DNA of 64,000 nucleotides, from assembly GCA_002269645.1 (NCBI GenBank), contig NIVC01001587.1, forward strand, positions 200,716-264,715, in the 5' to 3' direction. The notes beneath the pieces are model-generated. The model saw nothing but the letters and a program-made list of their open reading frames with translations, did not search any database and was not told the DNA's origin. Both the position numbers and the translations under genes were made by a program. Within the stretch, counting starts at the first letter, position 1. Each line of letters opens with the position of its first letter. This document shows, in pieces, positions 46,756-59,009 of the stretch. The DNA is from Macrostomum lignano. Taxonomy: Eukaryota.

Positions 46756-47217
46756 ATGCCCAGGAAATCCCAATTGAAAACCAAGAACCGCCCGGCGGCA
46801 GATTTAGACCAAGTTGCCGCCGATTTAGCCTCGCCGACTCGAACCCGGGACCTTCTATATCGCCAACCAGACGAAGATCTGCCAGGCGCCGGCCAGTACT
46901 ATTGCCTTGTGTGCGCCAGGCACATGACGGATCGCCAGGCACTGCTGGAGCATCGGCGAGGCAAGCCGCATAAGCGCCGATTGAAGGAGCTCGGCGACAA
47001 GCCCTACGCCCAGGCTGAGGCCGACGCTGCTGGCGGTCTCGGCGTCTACAGTCGGCCGGCTGTTGGCGACAAACGGCGTCGGATTGTTGAACCGTTGAAG
47101 CCGGAGCTGAGCCTGCCGGCTGCGGGCTCGTCTGCGCCGATTGAACCGGCTGCGACTCCGGCTAAGGCTGCCAGACTGGTTGAACAGCCTATGCGGACTG
47201 GCAATAAAGATTTGTGA
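46756..47217 (+). CDS. ZNF593: Zinc finger protein 593 / Bud20 (pre-60S export factor), intronless
   Basis: DLDQV...DEDLPGAGQYYCLVCARHMTDRQALLEHRRGKPHKRRLKELGDKPYAQAEADAAGGLG matches the ZNF593/Bud20 C2H2 signature. ATG at 46756. Confidence 0.93.
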   Translation: MPRKSQLKTKNRPAADLDQVAADLASPTRTRDLLYRQPDEDLPGAGQYYCLVCARHMTDRQALLEHRRGKPHKRRLKELGDKPYAQAEADAAGGLGVYSRPAVGDKRRRIVEPLKPELSLPAAGSSAPIEPAATPAKAARLVEQPMRTGNKDL

Positions 47218-47234
47218 CGCTTAGTTAGATTGCT

Positions 47235-48012
47235 CAGCTGCCTGATCCTTCAGCTCCCGCTAGCTGCCTGATCCTTCAGCTCCCGCTAGCTGCCTGATCC
47301 TTCAGCTCCCGCTAGCTGCCTGATCCTTCAGCTCCCGCTAGCTGCCTGATCCTTCAGCTCCCGCTAGCTGCCTGATCCTTCAGCTCCCGCTAGCTGCCTG
47401 ATCCTTCAGCTCCCGCTAGCTGCCTGATCCTTCAGCTCCCGCTAGCTGCCTGATCCTTCAGCTCCCGCTAGCTGCCTGATCCTTCAGCTCCCGCTAGCTG
47501 CCTGATCCTTCAGCTCCCGCTAGCTGCCTGATCCTTCAGCTCCCGCTAGCTGCCTGATCCTTCAGCTCCCGCTAGCTGCCTGATCCTTCAGCTCCCGCTA
47601 GCTGCCTGATCCTTCAGCTCCCGCTAGCTGCCTGATCCTTCAGCTTCCGCTAGCTGCCTGATCCTTCAGCTCCCGCTAGCTGCCTGATCCTTCAGCTTCC
47701 GCTAGCTGCCTGATCCTTCAGCTTCCGCTAGCTGCCTGATCCTTCAGCTTCCGCTAGCTGCCTGATCCTTCAGCTCCCGCTAGCTGCCTGATCCTTCAGC
47801 TCCCGCTAGCTGCCTGATCCTTCAGCTCCCGCTAGCTGCCTGATCCTTCAGCTTCCGCTAGCTGCCTGATCCTTCAGCTCCCGCTAGCTGCCTGATCCTT
47901 CAGCTTCCGCTAGCTGCCTGATCCTTCAGCTCCCGCTAGCTGCCTGATCCTTCAGCTTCCGCTAGCTGCCTGATCCTTCAGCTCCCGCTAGCTGCCTGAC
48001 CCTTCAGCTCCC
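47235..48012 (+). repeat. 26-bp minisatellite (TAGCTGCCTGATCCTTCAGCTCCCGC) right after the ZNF593 stop
   Basis: About 30 near-identical copies. Confidence 0.97.
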
Positions 48013-48204
48013 GTTACGAGTATCGCAAGTGAATTATTTCGGCTTAAACATTGCATTGCAGTTTAATTGTTATAACTTTATCGATCGCAAACATAGAGTG
48101 GCCATGTTTAAAATTCAATAAATATTGAGTGGCTTTTCATTGTAAGCTGGAGATCTGCCTGTTCACCTTCCGTTATTTTTCTTTGGTTTTAAGCCTAAAG
48201 TCTA

Positions 48205-48945
48205 GCCTTAGATACCCCTACCCTCCTGATGCTTTGTTAGATCATTAACGAGGCCTTAGATACCCCTGATGCTTTTTTAGTTCATTAACAAGGCCTTAGA
48301 TACCCCTGATGCTTTTTTAGTTCATTAACAAGGCCTTAGATACCCCTGATGCTTTGTTAGTTCATTAACAAGGCCTTAGATACCCCTGATGCTTTTTTAG
48401 TTTATTAACAAGGCCTTAGATACCCCTGATGCTTTGTTAGTTCATTAACGAGGCCTTAGATACCCCTGATGCTTTGTTAGTTCATTAACGAGGCCTTAGA
48501 TACCCCTGATGCTTTGTTAGTTCATTAACGAGGCCTTAGATACCCCTGATGCTTTGTTAGTTCATTAACAAGGCCTTAGCTATCCCTGATGCTTTGTTAG
48601 ATCATTAACGAGGCCTTAGCTATCCCTGATGCTTTGTTAGATCATTAACGAGGCCTTAGCTATCCCTGATGCTTTGTTACATCATTAACGAGGCCTTAGA
48701 TACCCCTGATGCTTTGTTAGTTCATTAAAGAGGCCTTGGGTACCCCTGATGCTTTGTTAGTTCATTAAAGAGGCCTTGGGTACCCCTGATGCTTTGTTAG
48801 TTCATTAAAGAGGCCTTGGGTACCCCTGATGCTTTGTTAGTTCATTAAAGAGGCCTTGGGTACCCCTGATGCCTTATTAGTTTATTAACGAGGCCTTGGG
48901 TACCCCTGCTGCTTTGTTAGTTTATTAAAGAAGCCTTAGATACCC
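48205..48945 (+). repeat. 40-bp minisatellite (GGCCTTAGATACCCCTGATGCTTTGTTAGTTCATTAACGA)
   Basis: About 18 copies between ZNF593 and ZDHHC4. Confidence 0.95.
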
Positions 48946-49018
48946 CCCCCCCCGATTATTAGCTCATTAATCGAAGAATCCGTACATTAACGTACAATAC
49001 TCTTCAGAGTCTCCAACC

Positions 49019-52000
49019 ATGTTCGACCTTCTACCGTTGCTAATTGCCTACCTGGCAATCTGCACTGCGCTGTTGACTCTCTACTTTTTGTCCGACACAA
49101 AACTGCTGCGTAATTCGCCACTTAAAACCTACCTGATTCGATCCTATAAGGTGAGACAAATAATTCCCATCTGATTTAAAATAATGTTCTAATTAAGCTA
49201 CTATAAGTAGAAATTCAAGTAGTTTTCCCTAAAACACAAAAATCCTGTTTGCACAGTCAACCGTTCGCCTCTGCCCGATTGCTATTCGTCGAACTATCGC
49301 CGAACTTGTCACCGTGCTGCTCTACCGACGAAATACCGCCTTCCAATGCCTGCTAGTTGGCTTGCTGGGCCTCGGCTATTTTATAATGCTGCGCGATGCT
49401 ATTCCCATACTGTATCACTGGGACTACCACTCTAATCATGTGTTCTTGCCGCTGCTTCTGCTGTTCACCTGCCTGTGCTTCTATGCCTGCACCTGCCTGT
49501 CCGATCCGGGTATGTACATTTCTGTCAGCAATGTTATTTTAGTCTGCGAATGAGCCAGTGATCCCAATTGATTATGGGAATGAGTCAGTGATCCCATTTG
49601 AATCTTGGAATGCGTCAGTGATCCCACTTGATTATGGGAATGAGTCAGTGATCCCATTTGAATCTGGGAATGCGTCAGTGATCCCACTTGAATCTGGGGA
49701 TGAGTCAGTGATCCCACTTGAATCTTGAGATGAGTCAGTGATCCCACTTGATTATGGGAATGAGTCAGTGATTCCATTTGATTATGGAATGAGTCAGTGA
49801 TCCCATTTGATTATGGAATGAGTCAGTGATCCCATTTGAATCTGGGAATGCGTCAGTGATCCCACTTGAATCTGGGGATGAGTCAGTGATCCCACTTGAA
49901 TCTTGAGATGAGTCAGTGATCCCACTTGATTATGGGAATGAGTCAGTGATCCCATTTGATTATGGAATGAGTCAGTGATCCCATTTGATTATGGAATGAG
50001 TCAGTGATCCCACTTGAATCTTGAGATGAGTCAGTGATCCCATTTGATTATGGAATGAGTCAGTGATCCCACTTGAATTTTGAGATGAGTCAGTGATCCC
50101 ATTTGAATCTGGGAATGAGTCAGTGATCCCATTTGAATCTGGGAATGAGTCAGTGATCCCATTTGAATCTGGGAATGAGTCAGTGATCCCATTTGAATCT
50201 GGGAATGAGTCAGTGATCCCATTTGAATCTGGGAATGAGTCAGTGATCCCATTTGAATCTGGGAATGAGTCAGTAATTCCATTTGAATCTGGGAATGCGT
50301 CAGTGATCCCACTTGAATATGGGAATGTGTCAGTGATCCCACTTGAATCTTGAGATGAGTCAGTGATCCCACTTGATTATGGGAACGAGTCAGTGATCCC
50401 ACTTGAATCTTGAGATGAGTCAGTGATCCCACTTGATTATGGGAATGAGTCAGTGATCCCACTTGATTATGGGAATGCGTCTGTGATCGCAATCGAATCT
50501 GAGAATGAGTCAGTGATCCGGGAATGAGTCGCTAGCCAACCAGCACCCACCCGATCCCTATTCACAACGCCGCAGGTGAGATAACCGAGCGCACACTGTA
50601 CAAGTACCAACCAGTGTACGGGCATGACGGTCAGCTGTTTCGCGACGATAGTTGCTGTAGAACCTGCGGCTTTGTGCGACCAGCCCGATCTAGGCACTGC
50701 GGTATGTGCTGCCTTGTTATTTAGTTTATTCTTTGTATGGGATTTGGTACAGAATCTCCCCTTAATCCATCCTAGAGAATCTCCCCTTTATCCACCCATA
50801 GAATCTCCCCTTAATCCATTCCAGAGAATCTCCCCTTAATCCATCCCAGAGAATCTCCCCTTAATCCGCCACAGAATCTCCCCTTAATCCACCTACAGAA
50901 TCTCCCCTTAATCCGCCCCTAGGAATCTTTTAATCTACCTCATACGCCTACTCTAAATTCAGCTTATGACTTCCCTTCACCCCAAAGAATCTCCTGTTTT
51001 AAAACATTTTTTTCGATTTTGAATTCAGACACGTGCGACGTTTGCATCCACCGCTATGATCATCACTGCGTGTGGACCAACTGCTGCATTGGCGGACTGA
51101 ACCTTCGCTATTTTCTTGGCTTCTTAGTCTCCCTGTGCTGCGTCTGTCTCAACGCATCCTGGCTGGCTATCGAATCGCTGGGTCACGTTGTCTCCGCTCA
51201 TCGCATGTGGGAAGCCGTCTGGCTTGATGCTGAGAATCGTCAGCAGCCAATGAATTTGCGTGTACTAGTGCAGGTTGGCGAACTATTGTTGTCATTTGAA
51301 AATATTTGAATGCAATGCATTTTTCTCTATCTCTTTCTTGAATATATCTCCCACCTTTTGTAGTGTACACCCGGTCCTAGACTATCCCGCATACATCACC
51401 CATCCCCAATGTACATCCGACCCTAGACTATCCCGCACAAATCAATCATCCCCAATGTGCATCCGACCCTAGACTATCCCGCACACATCACCCATCCCCA
51501 ATGTACATCCGACCCTAGACTATCCCGCACAAATCAATCATCCCCAATGTGCATCCGACCCTAGACTGTCCCGCGCACATCACCCATCCCCAATGTACAT
51601 CCGACCCTAGACTATCCCGCGCACATCACCCATCCCCAATGTACTTCCGACCCTAGACTATCTCGCGCACATCAACCATCCCCAATGTACATCCGACCCT
51701 AGACTATCCCGCGCACATCACCCATCCCCAATGTACTTCCGACCCTAGACTATCCCGCGCACATCACCCATCCCCAATGTACTTCCGACCCTAGACTATC
51801 CCGCACAAATCAATCATCCCCAATGTGCATCCGACCCTAGACTGTCCCGCGCACATCAATCATCCCCAATGTACATCCGACCCTAGACTATCTCGCGCAC
51901 ATCACCCATCCCCAATGTACATCCGACCCTAGACTATCCCGCGCACATCACCCATCCCCAATGTACTTCCGACCCTAGACTATCTCGCGCACATCACCCA

Positions 52001-52671
52001 TCCCCAATGTACATCCGACCCTAGACTATCCCGCGCACATCACCCATCCCCAATGTACTTCCGACCCTAGACTATCCCGCGCACATCACCCATCCCCAAT
52101 GTACTTCCGACCCTAGACTATCCCGCGCACATCACCCATCCCCAATGTACATCTGACCCTAGATTATAATCCATCCTAAATACTAAGAAACCCTATTTGC
52201 AGTACTTATTCTAAGTGACCATAAGCTAATCCCCCGTTTCCATGGCAGCACTTATTTGTGACCTACCCCCGTCTGGTGCTGCTTGCTTTCGGGCCGGTCC
52301 TCGTTGCTTTGCCTTTAATTGGCTACACCTGCTATCACCTGTACTTGGCCGGCACAAACCAGACTGGATACGAGAGACGGAAATTGGCCAACTTGTTAGC
52401 CGAACGGCAGCGCTATTGTCGTCTAGGCGGCGATGTCAATGCTGGCGCCATCAGCGCCACTGGCTTCGGTCGGGGCTGGCGCCAAAATTGGCGCGAAGTT
52501 CTGCTGCCGCACGACCGACTTGGTCGCGACCGAGTCTACGGCAGCTCCTCCAGTGCAGCCGCCTCCGCTCGTCGAACCAGTTTTTCGTCTTCTAAACGGC
52601 GAAATAACGTTGCTACTGATTATGCTCCAGCTGGTAGTACTAATAGTAGCGGTGGTATGCGCGATTTGTGA
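49019..52671 (+). CDS. ZDHHC4: DHHC palmitoyltransferase, ZDHHC4/Swf1-like; 5 exons
   Basis: Exons 49019-49150, 49257-49509, 50576-50701, 51029-51273, 52249-52671, phase-consistent. Motifs: CRTCGFVRPARSRHC|DTCDVCIHRYDHHCVWTNCCIGGLNLRYF; RNTAFQ; HLFVTYPRLV...LYLAGTNQTGYE (ZDHHC4-type). Confidence 0.92.
49548..50530 (+). repeat. 30-bp minisatellite (GAGTCAGTGATCCCATTTGAATCTGGGAAT) in ZDHHC4 intron 2
   Basis: About 33 copies. Confidence 0.96.
51375..52165 (+). repeat. 46-bp minisatellite in ZDHHC4 intron 4
   Basis: About 17 copies of CCCAATGTACATCCGACCCTAGACTATCCCGCGCACATCACCCATC. Confidence 0.95.
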
Positions 52672-52922
52672 AAAACTATTATAACAAAGTTTCTTTTCAA
52701 CTAAATTGCACTGGATTTCATTGCTAGTCAATTTTGTGTAGATTACCACACAAACTAAACTTGAACAAAAATCGTTTATGCTGTTTGTTGCTACAAGTTT
52801 TTTTGTAAAGTCTGTCGAGGTAAATAAACAGTTTCTATATTATTTTACATAAAAAGTATTTTTCGAGTTTCTTATTTGGTTATTGCTGTCAACTTTGTTG
52901 TCTAGATCACGGATACTAATAA

Positions 52923-53341
52923 CTAGATGGGCCACTCAGGCATATATACTTAGCAAAACAGCTTTCTACTTTCAGTTCAGTAGCAAAGAAGAATACATAA
53001 GCTATTTTATAAACATAAAGGCAGCTGAACTGACTTTGATAAGTTTAGAAGCCCAACAAAAGCTTGCAGTCGTAAACAACTTGCTTATTGGTTCAGCAAT
53101 AATGTACATTAGCCAGTCCACTAAAATGTACATGGCAGCTTTAGGCTGGAATTCCGAGAAAGGCAATAAAATTGGGGCGGGGCGGGGGGTAGTTCGGAAA
53201 GGCGCGGTTTGAGGGTTCAAGCTGGGGGGGTAAGAGCCAATAAATGAGCCTTGGCTTTAAAAATACATTAAAATGCTTCTGTTTAACTTACTACTGAACT
53301 GAAAGTAGCTTACACGCAAATGTGCTGAGTGGCCCATCTAG
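52923..53341. mobile_element. MITE-like element bounded by 17-bp perfect inverted repeats
   Basis: CTAGATGGGCCACTCAG (52923-52939) and CTGAGTGGCCCATCTAG (53325-53341); weaker similarity extends outward. No clear TSD. Confidence 0.6.
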
Positions 53342-53563
53342 ATCTAGCTATTCTAGTATCTGTGGTATAGATAGAAACTTTATGTACAGAGACTACTAGA
53401 GACGCAAGAACTGGCTGCTTTATTTCTTGGAAAATTTTTGTTGAAGGCTGAAGAAAAAGACACTATCCAGATGGTAGTTTTTTAAATTAAATTTTAGTAT
53501 AAAATATCGAAGTTTTATTTAATTAACATTCGCAATGCTCTACTATATTTTCAGTAGTGTTTT

Positions 53564-56500
53564 ATGTCGTCTTCAGCTAATCCAACTCGAGGGGATAAAT
53601 TTCCTGATTTGGCGTCTGTTGAGTCGTTGGCGGACAAATTTTCCAATGTGAAAATTAATGACGGTTGGTTACAAATCACTTCTATTGTTTTTTTATTGTC
53701 ATAAAGCTAGTTGTACGCAATAAGCGATAGATATTCATATGCTGTACTGATATTCACGCAGACGCCTACTCTAGCGCTTTGGCTGACGTGGAGGCTGCTC
53801 TGTTGGCTAACCAGTCTGCAACACCTGGACTGGTGCAGTTTGCCTGCCACACTAAACTGCTGCACTGTCTTATTGGTGAGTGATGTATACGATATTAAGA
53901 TTTTAGTGAATAAAGAGTATTGGTGAATGGGATAGTGGTGAATTGGATATTAGTGAATGGGATATTAGTGAATGGGATATTGGTGAATGGGATATTGGTG
54001 AATGGGATATTGGTGAATGGGATAATTGGTGAATGGGATATTGCTGAATGGGATATTGCTGAATGGGATATTGGTGAATGGGATATTGGTGAATGGGATA
54101 TTGCTGAATGGGATATTTGTGAATGGGATATTGGTGAATGGGATATTGCTGAATGGGATATTGGTGAATGGGATATTGGTGAATGGGATATTGCTGAATG
54201 GGATATTGCTGAATGGGATATTGGTGAATGGGATATTGGTGAATGGGATATTGGTGAATGGGATATTGGTGAATGGGATATTGGTGAATGGGATATTGGT
54301 GAATGGAATATGGTGAATGGGATATTGGTGAATGGGATATTGGTGAATGGGATATTGGTGATTTCCCCATCCCGCCACCCCCTCAGGCTGTGCCAGTCGC
54401 CAGTCGGACGCCACCGCGGCAGCTCGCGGTCTGTCCGCCGCCGCCGGGCTGCTCCGCGCCTTGCCACCAACTCTGCGGGTCGAATGCCTTCGCGACGAGC
54501 TGCCCGACTGCCTGGCCGAGGCAGCCGCCCAGCTGCTGGCTGTCAGCGCCGCCTCCAGAGCGTCGGATTCTCCAGTCCGGCGTGCCCTGACCGACCTGAC
54601 CCTGGCTGTGCTTGGCAACCGGGCTAAGCTGACCCAGTGCTTCGAGTTGGCTCACTGCCAGCTGTACGGCAAAGTGCTGACTAACAAACCGGCTGCTCCT
54701 CTGCCTGCGCCGCCAAAGACTGCTGCGACCGATGCTGTGCTGACCGCCACGAGGCTGCGGGACCACTTAAAGTCGGAGTTGCCTGCTGCCTCTGAGCAGC
54801 CGCAGGTTAGCGCTGAAGGGATTTCTTGGCTGTGGGATTTTTCTGCTCAGTACGTCGAATTACCGGCTGTCTGATGACTGCAGGCTGTCAGGGTTACCGG
54901 CTGTCTGATGACTGCAGGGTGTCAGGGTTACCGGCTGTCTGATGACTGCAGGCTGTCAGGGTTACCGGCTGTCTGATGACTGCAGGGTGTCAGGGTTACC
55001 GGCTGTCTGATGACTGCAGGGTGTCAGGGTTACCGGCTGTCTGATGACTGCAGGCTGTCAGGGTTACCGGCTGTCTGATGACTGCAGGGTGTCAGGGTTA
55101 CCGGCTGTCTGATGACTGCAGGCTGTCAGGGTTACCGGCTGTCTGATGACTGCAGGCTGTCAGGGTTACCGGCTGTCTGATGACTGCAGGCTGTCAGGGT
55201 TACCGGCTGTCTGATGACTGCAGGCTGTCAGGGTTACCGGCTGTCTGATGACTGCAGGCTGTCAGGGTTACCGGCTGTCTGATGACTGCAGGGTGTCAGG
55301 GTTACCGGCTGTCTGATGACTGCAGGCTGTCAGGGTTAGCGGCTGTCTGATGACTGCAGGGTGTCAGGGTTAGCGGCTGTCTGTTGACTGCAGGGTGTCA
55401 GGGTTACCGGCTGTCTGATGACTGCAGGGTGTCAGGGTTACCAGCTGTCTGATGACTGCAGGGTGTCAGGGTTACCGGCTGTCTGATGACTGCAGGGTGT
55501 CAGGGTCAATGGATGCGGTCTAGCGTACAGAGATAAAGAATTTCTGTAACGGGTGTCCCAAAAAGACACTTTGTGCTCTCACCGTGTGGGCAGTCAGTTT
55601 TTCCTGTCACTCTGTAATTAAATTGTTCTACTAGCTTAATTACTGCACCGGCTTAAGCTCCTCTTGAAAGTTTTGGTCTGAATCAGGGGTCCCTCAACTC
55701 CGGCCTGTGAAGCCTCTATCCAGGTCCTCGGGTCCTTAAATGCAGGTGATCAAGTCGCACCCACTCCAAATACCTCCCGCGCAGCCGCAGGTGATCAAGC
55801 CGCACCCACTCCAAATACCTCCCGCGCAGCCGCAGGTGATCAAGCCGCACCCACTCCAAATACCTCCCGCGCAGCCGCAGGTGATCAAGCCGCACCCACT
55901 CCAAATACCTCCCGCGCAGCCGCAGGTGGGCAAGCCGGCTACAGTCTGCTACTCGGAGCTGGTCGGCCGATCCGACACAGTGTACGCCTCCGATGCAGAC
56001 GGCCAGTTGGAGCTGGGCCGCCACAAGCTGCCCTGGCCATTGCGTGCGGGTCACCGCCTGCCTCTCGGGCTGGGCCAATCAGTCAAGCTGGCCCTGTTGA
56101 ACACTCGGCAGGCCGCTATTGAGCTGACTAAAGGCGACATCGCCCCGGAGCTCATGTCGCTGATTAACTGCCGCGGCGGCCACCTGCTGCTTGGCCTGTC
56201 CCCGGCCTCAGCCTGCATCGAGGGTGTACAGGTGCGATTGGAGGACCGGGACCGCCTGGTGCTGGGCCTGCAGAACCTGCTGACCAAGGCGGTGCCGATG
56301 CCCGACCCCGGCCGCTTGTCCGTGCAGTTCCACCCAGTCACCGGCCAGATTGTCACCGGGAGGCGCTGCAATGCTGGCACACCGTTTGTTGTGCAGGTGC
56401 GGCACAGTGGGGGCATCTGGGCTGGGGGTGTGCTGTTCTCAGCTTCCCGGTTTTCTATCTTAGTTCTTGCTTGTTTGATTACTTTGCTCCCGTACTTTTC

Positions 56501-58194
56501 TCCCCATCCCTCCCGATCCTTGCATGTCCCTTACTGTCCCTTCATCTCCCTCTCTTGCTCTCTCTCCCTTCATCTCCCTCTCTTGCTCTCTCCCTTCGTC
56601 TTGCTCTCTCCCTTCATCTCCCTCTCTTCCTCTCTCTCCCTTCATCTCCCTCTTCCTCTCTCTTTCTTCATCTCCCTCTCTTGCTCTCTCCCTTCGTCTT
56701 GCTCTCTCCCTTCATCTCCCTCTCTTCCTCTCTCTCCCTTCATCTCCCTCTTCCTCTCTCTTTCTTCATCTTTCTCTCTTGCTCTCTCCCTTCGTCTTGC
56801 TCTCTCCCTTCATCTCCCTCTCTTCCTCTCTCTCCCTTCATCTCCCTCTTCCTCTCTCTCCCTTCATCTCCCTCTCTTGCTCTCTCCCTTCGTCTTGCTC
56901 TCTCCCTTCATCTCCCTCTCTTCCTCTCTCTCCCTTCATCTCCCTCTTCCTCTCTCTTTCTTCATCTTTCTCTCTTGCTCTCTCCCTTCGTCTTGCTCTC
57001 TCCCTTCATCTCCCTCTCTTCCTCTCTCTCCCTTCATCTCCCTCTTCCTCTCTCTCCCTTCATCTCCCTCTCTTGCTCTCTCCCTTCGTCTTGCTCTCTC
57101 CCTTCATCTCCCTCTCTTCCTCTCTCTCCCTTCATCTCCCTCTTCCTCTCTCTTTCTTCACTCCCTCTCTTTCTTTCCCTTCATCTCCCTCTCTTCCTCT
57201 CTCCCTTCATCTCCCCCTCTTCCTCTCTTTCCCTTCATCTCCCTCTCTTCCTCTCTCTCCCTTTATCTCCCTCTCTTCCTCTCTCCCTTCACCCCCCTCT
57301 CTTCCTCTCTCCCTTCTTCTCCCTCTCATCCTCTCTCTCCCTTCATCTCCCTCTCTTCCTCTCTCTCCCTTCATCTCCCTCTCTTCCTCTCTCCCTTCAC
57401 CCCTCTCTCTTCCTCTCTCCCTTCTTCTCCCTCTCATCCTCTCTCTCCCTTTATCTCCCTCTCTTCCTCTCTCCCTTCACCCCCCTCTCTTCCTCTCTCC
57501 CTTCTTCTCCCTCTCATCCTCTCTCTCCCTTCATCTCCCTCTCTTCCTCTCTCTCCCTTCATCTCCCTCTCTTCCTCTCTCCCTTCTCCCTCTCATCCTC
57601 TCTCTCTCCCTTCATCTCCCTCCCTTTTTCTCTCTCTCCCTTCATCTTCCTTTCTCCCTTCATTTTTCTCCCTTTTCCTTCATTTAACCTTTTTCCCTTC
57701 ATCCCCTTTCATCTCCCTTCACCCCCTGCATCTAGCTCCCTTTTTATAGTAGCCCTGCGTTTAGTCCTTCCCCTGATTTCCCCTGTAAGTCGTAATCATC
57801 AGGCTTACAAATTTTCATTTGCTTTCCTTTCATTTTACAAGTATTGTTTGCCCCTTTGACTCATCTATCCCCTTCAATATTTGCCGCTATTTGCTATTTT
57901 AATTCACCCTGACTAAATCTGTTAATATCGCAGGTGAGCATCAAGTCCAGCCCTCCGCTCCGCCTTCACGCCTACGAGGGCAAAATTTTTGTCCGTAGCA
58001 AACGCGGCGTGGTTCGCTGCCTTACCGACACGAACGAGATTCTCGCCGTCAATGCCAGACTGTTGCTGGCGCGCAGCGCCGCCGCTCAAGAGGCGCGCCG
58101 ATTGCGCGCCGAAGCTCGCCGACTGCGCGCTGAACTGGAAGCCTTCGGCTGTGAATTCTTGTCCGCGCCCGGCAACGATGAAGAAGCAAAATAG
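53564..58194 (+). CDS. Schlafen-like (AlbA_2 domain, SLFNL1-like) protein with a helical N-terminal region and C-terminal coiled coil; 5 exons
   Basis: Exons 53564-53663, 53762-53875, 54387-54805, 55926-56396, 57934-58194, phase-consistent (1,1,0,0). LINCRGGHLLLGL...IEGV...EDRDRLVLGLQNLL...PMPDP...VQFHPV...VVQ|VSI...YEGKIFVRSK resembles the AlbA_2 pattern (FLNSEGGSLLVGV...GI...DEDR...FIPV). Joining the N-terminal exons rests on phase only. Confidence 0.72.
53918..54360 (+). repeat. 15-bp minisatellite (TATTGGTGAATGGGA) in Schlafen-like intron 2
   Basis: About 29 copies. Confidence 0.96.
54861..55506 (+). repeat. 34-bp minisatellite (TTACCGGCTGTCTGATGACTGCAGGCTGTCAGGG) in Schlafen-like intron 3
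   Basis: About 19 copies. Confidence 0.96.
55746..55925 (+). repeat. 45-bp x4 tandem repeat whose units run GT...AG, at the exon-4 acceptor
   Basis: GTGATCAAGCCGCACCCACTCCAAATACCTCCCGCGCAGCCGCAG x4. Confidence 0.95.
56540..57720 (+). repeat. CT-rich compound repeat in Schlafen-like intron 4
   Basis: About 1.2 kb almost purely pyrimidine (TCCCTTCATCTCCCTCTCTTCCTCTC variants). Confidence 0.95.
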
Positions 58195-59009
58195 AATTTT
58201 TCGATACATATCGGCAGACATATTTCTTCGATACATACTACCTGAAATATATTTCCAATTCACATTTTAAAAACGATCAGGTTTGAAAATATAAGGAAAG
58301 CTATGTGTTTCATTGAAATGGATGATTTTTTCGATACATATCGGCACAAAGTATTTGTCGATACATATCAGCTCAGAGTGTTTTTCGATACATATCGTCT
58401 CAAGTGTTTTTCGATACATATCGTCTCAGATATCTGTCGATGCATATCGGCTCAAATTGTTTTTCGATACAAAGTGAATTTCCGGTGACAATTGTAAATC
58501 TGTTATATTACGGTTGGCATTTTCTTTTCAAATTTTTTTAAATCAATACATAAGAATACGATGGATTCAAATATCAGTTTATATGAATTGCGATACGGTC
58601 GTACTAATGGCGTCCAGCTTATTAAGTTTTTATTAAATAAATAAATCTGTCATGATAAAGTGCAAATCATTGTCTCTGTCTACTGTTAGTAGGTAAATTG
58701 GAAATTCGATGACAACTTATTAAATTCTTTATATTTTTAACTGCTTATTGAAGAGCTACCAGCCTACTACGCCGGAAGCTTACGATTGAGTGGTTGGTGG
58801 TTGGTGAATATTTTATGAAAAAGGTTGGCTGATTAACCAAGTTTTAAAGGTAAATGGATTTCTCCTAAACAATTTAGCGAGTGCGATGAATGCTGTATAA
58901 AGCTTGATTCCAACCTAGATATACAAACATTGTTGTACTCCCTCACTGTCTGATTCTGCTTCTTTTTACTGTCCTGTACATTTTGAACTCAGCTCAGCTG
59001 CTCATTGTC

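Noticed and set aside
54861-55506. CTGATGA in every 34-bp unit suggested a hammerhead-ribozyme satellite (as in schistosome Sm-alpha)
   Set aside because: No GAAA core or closing stem II in the unit.
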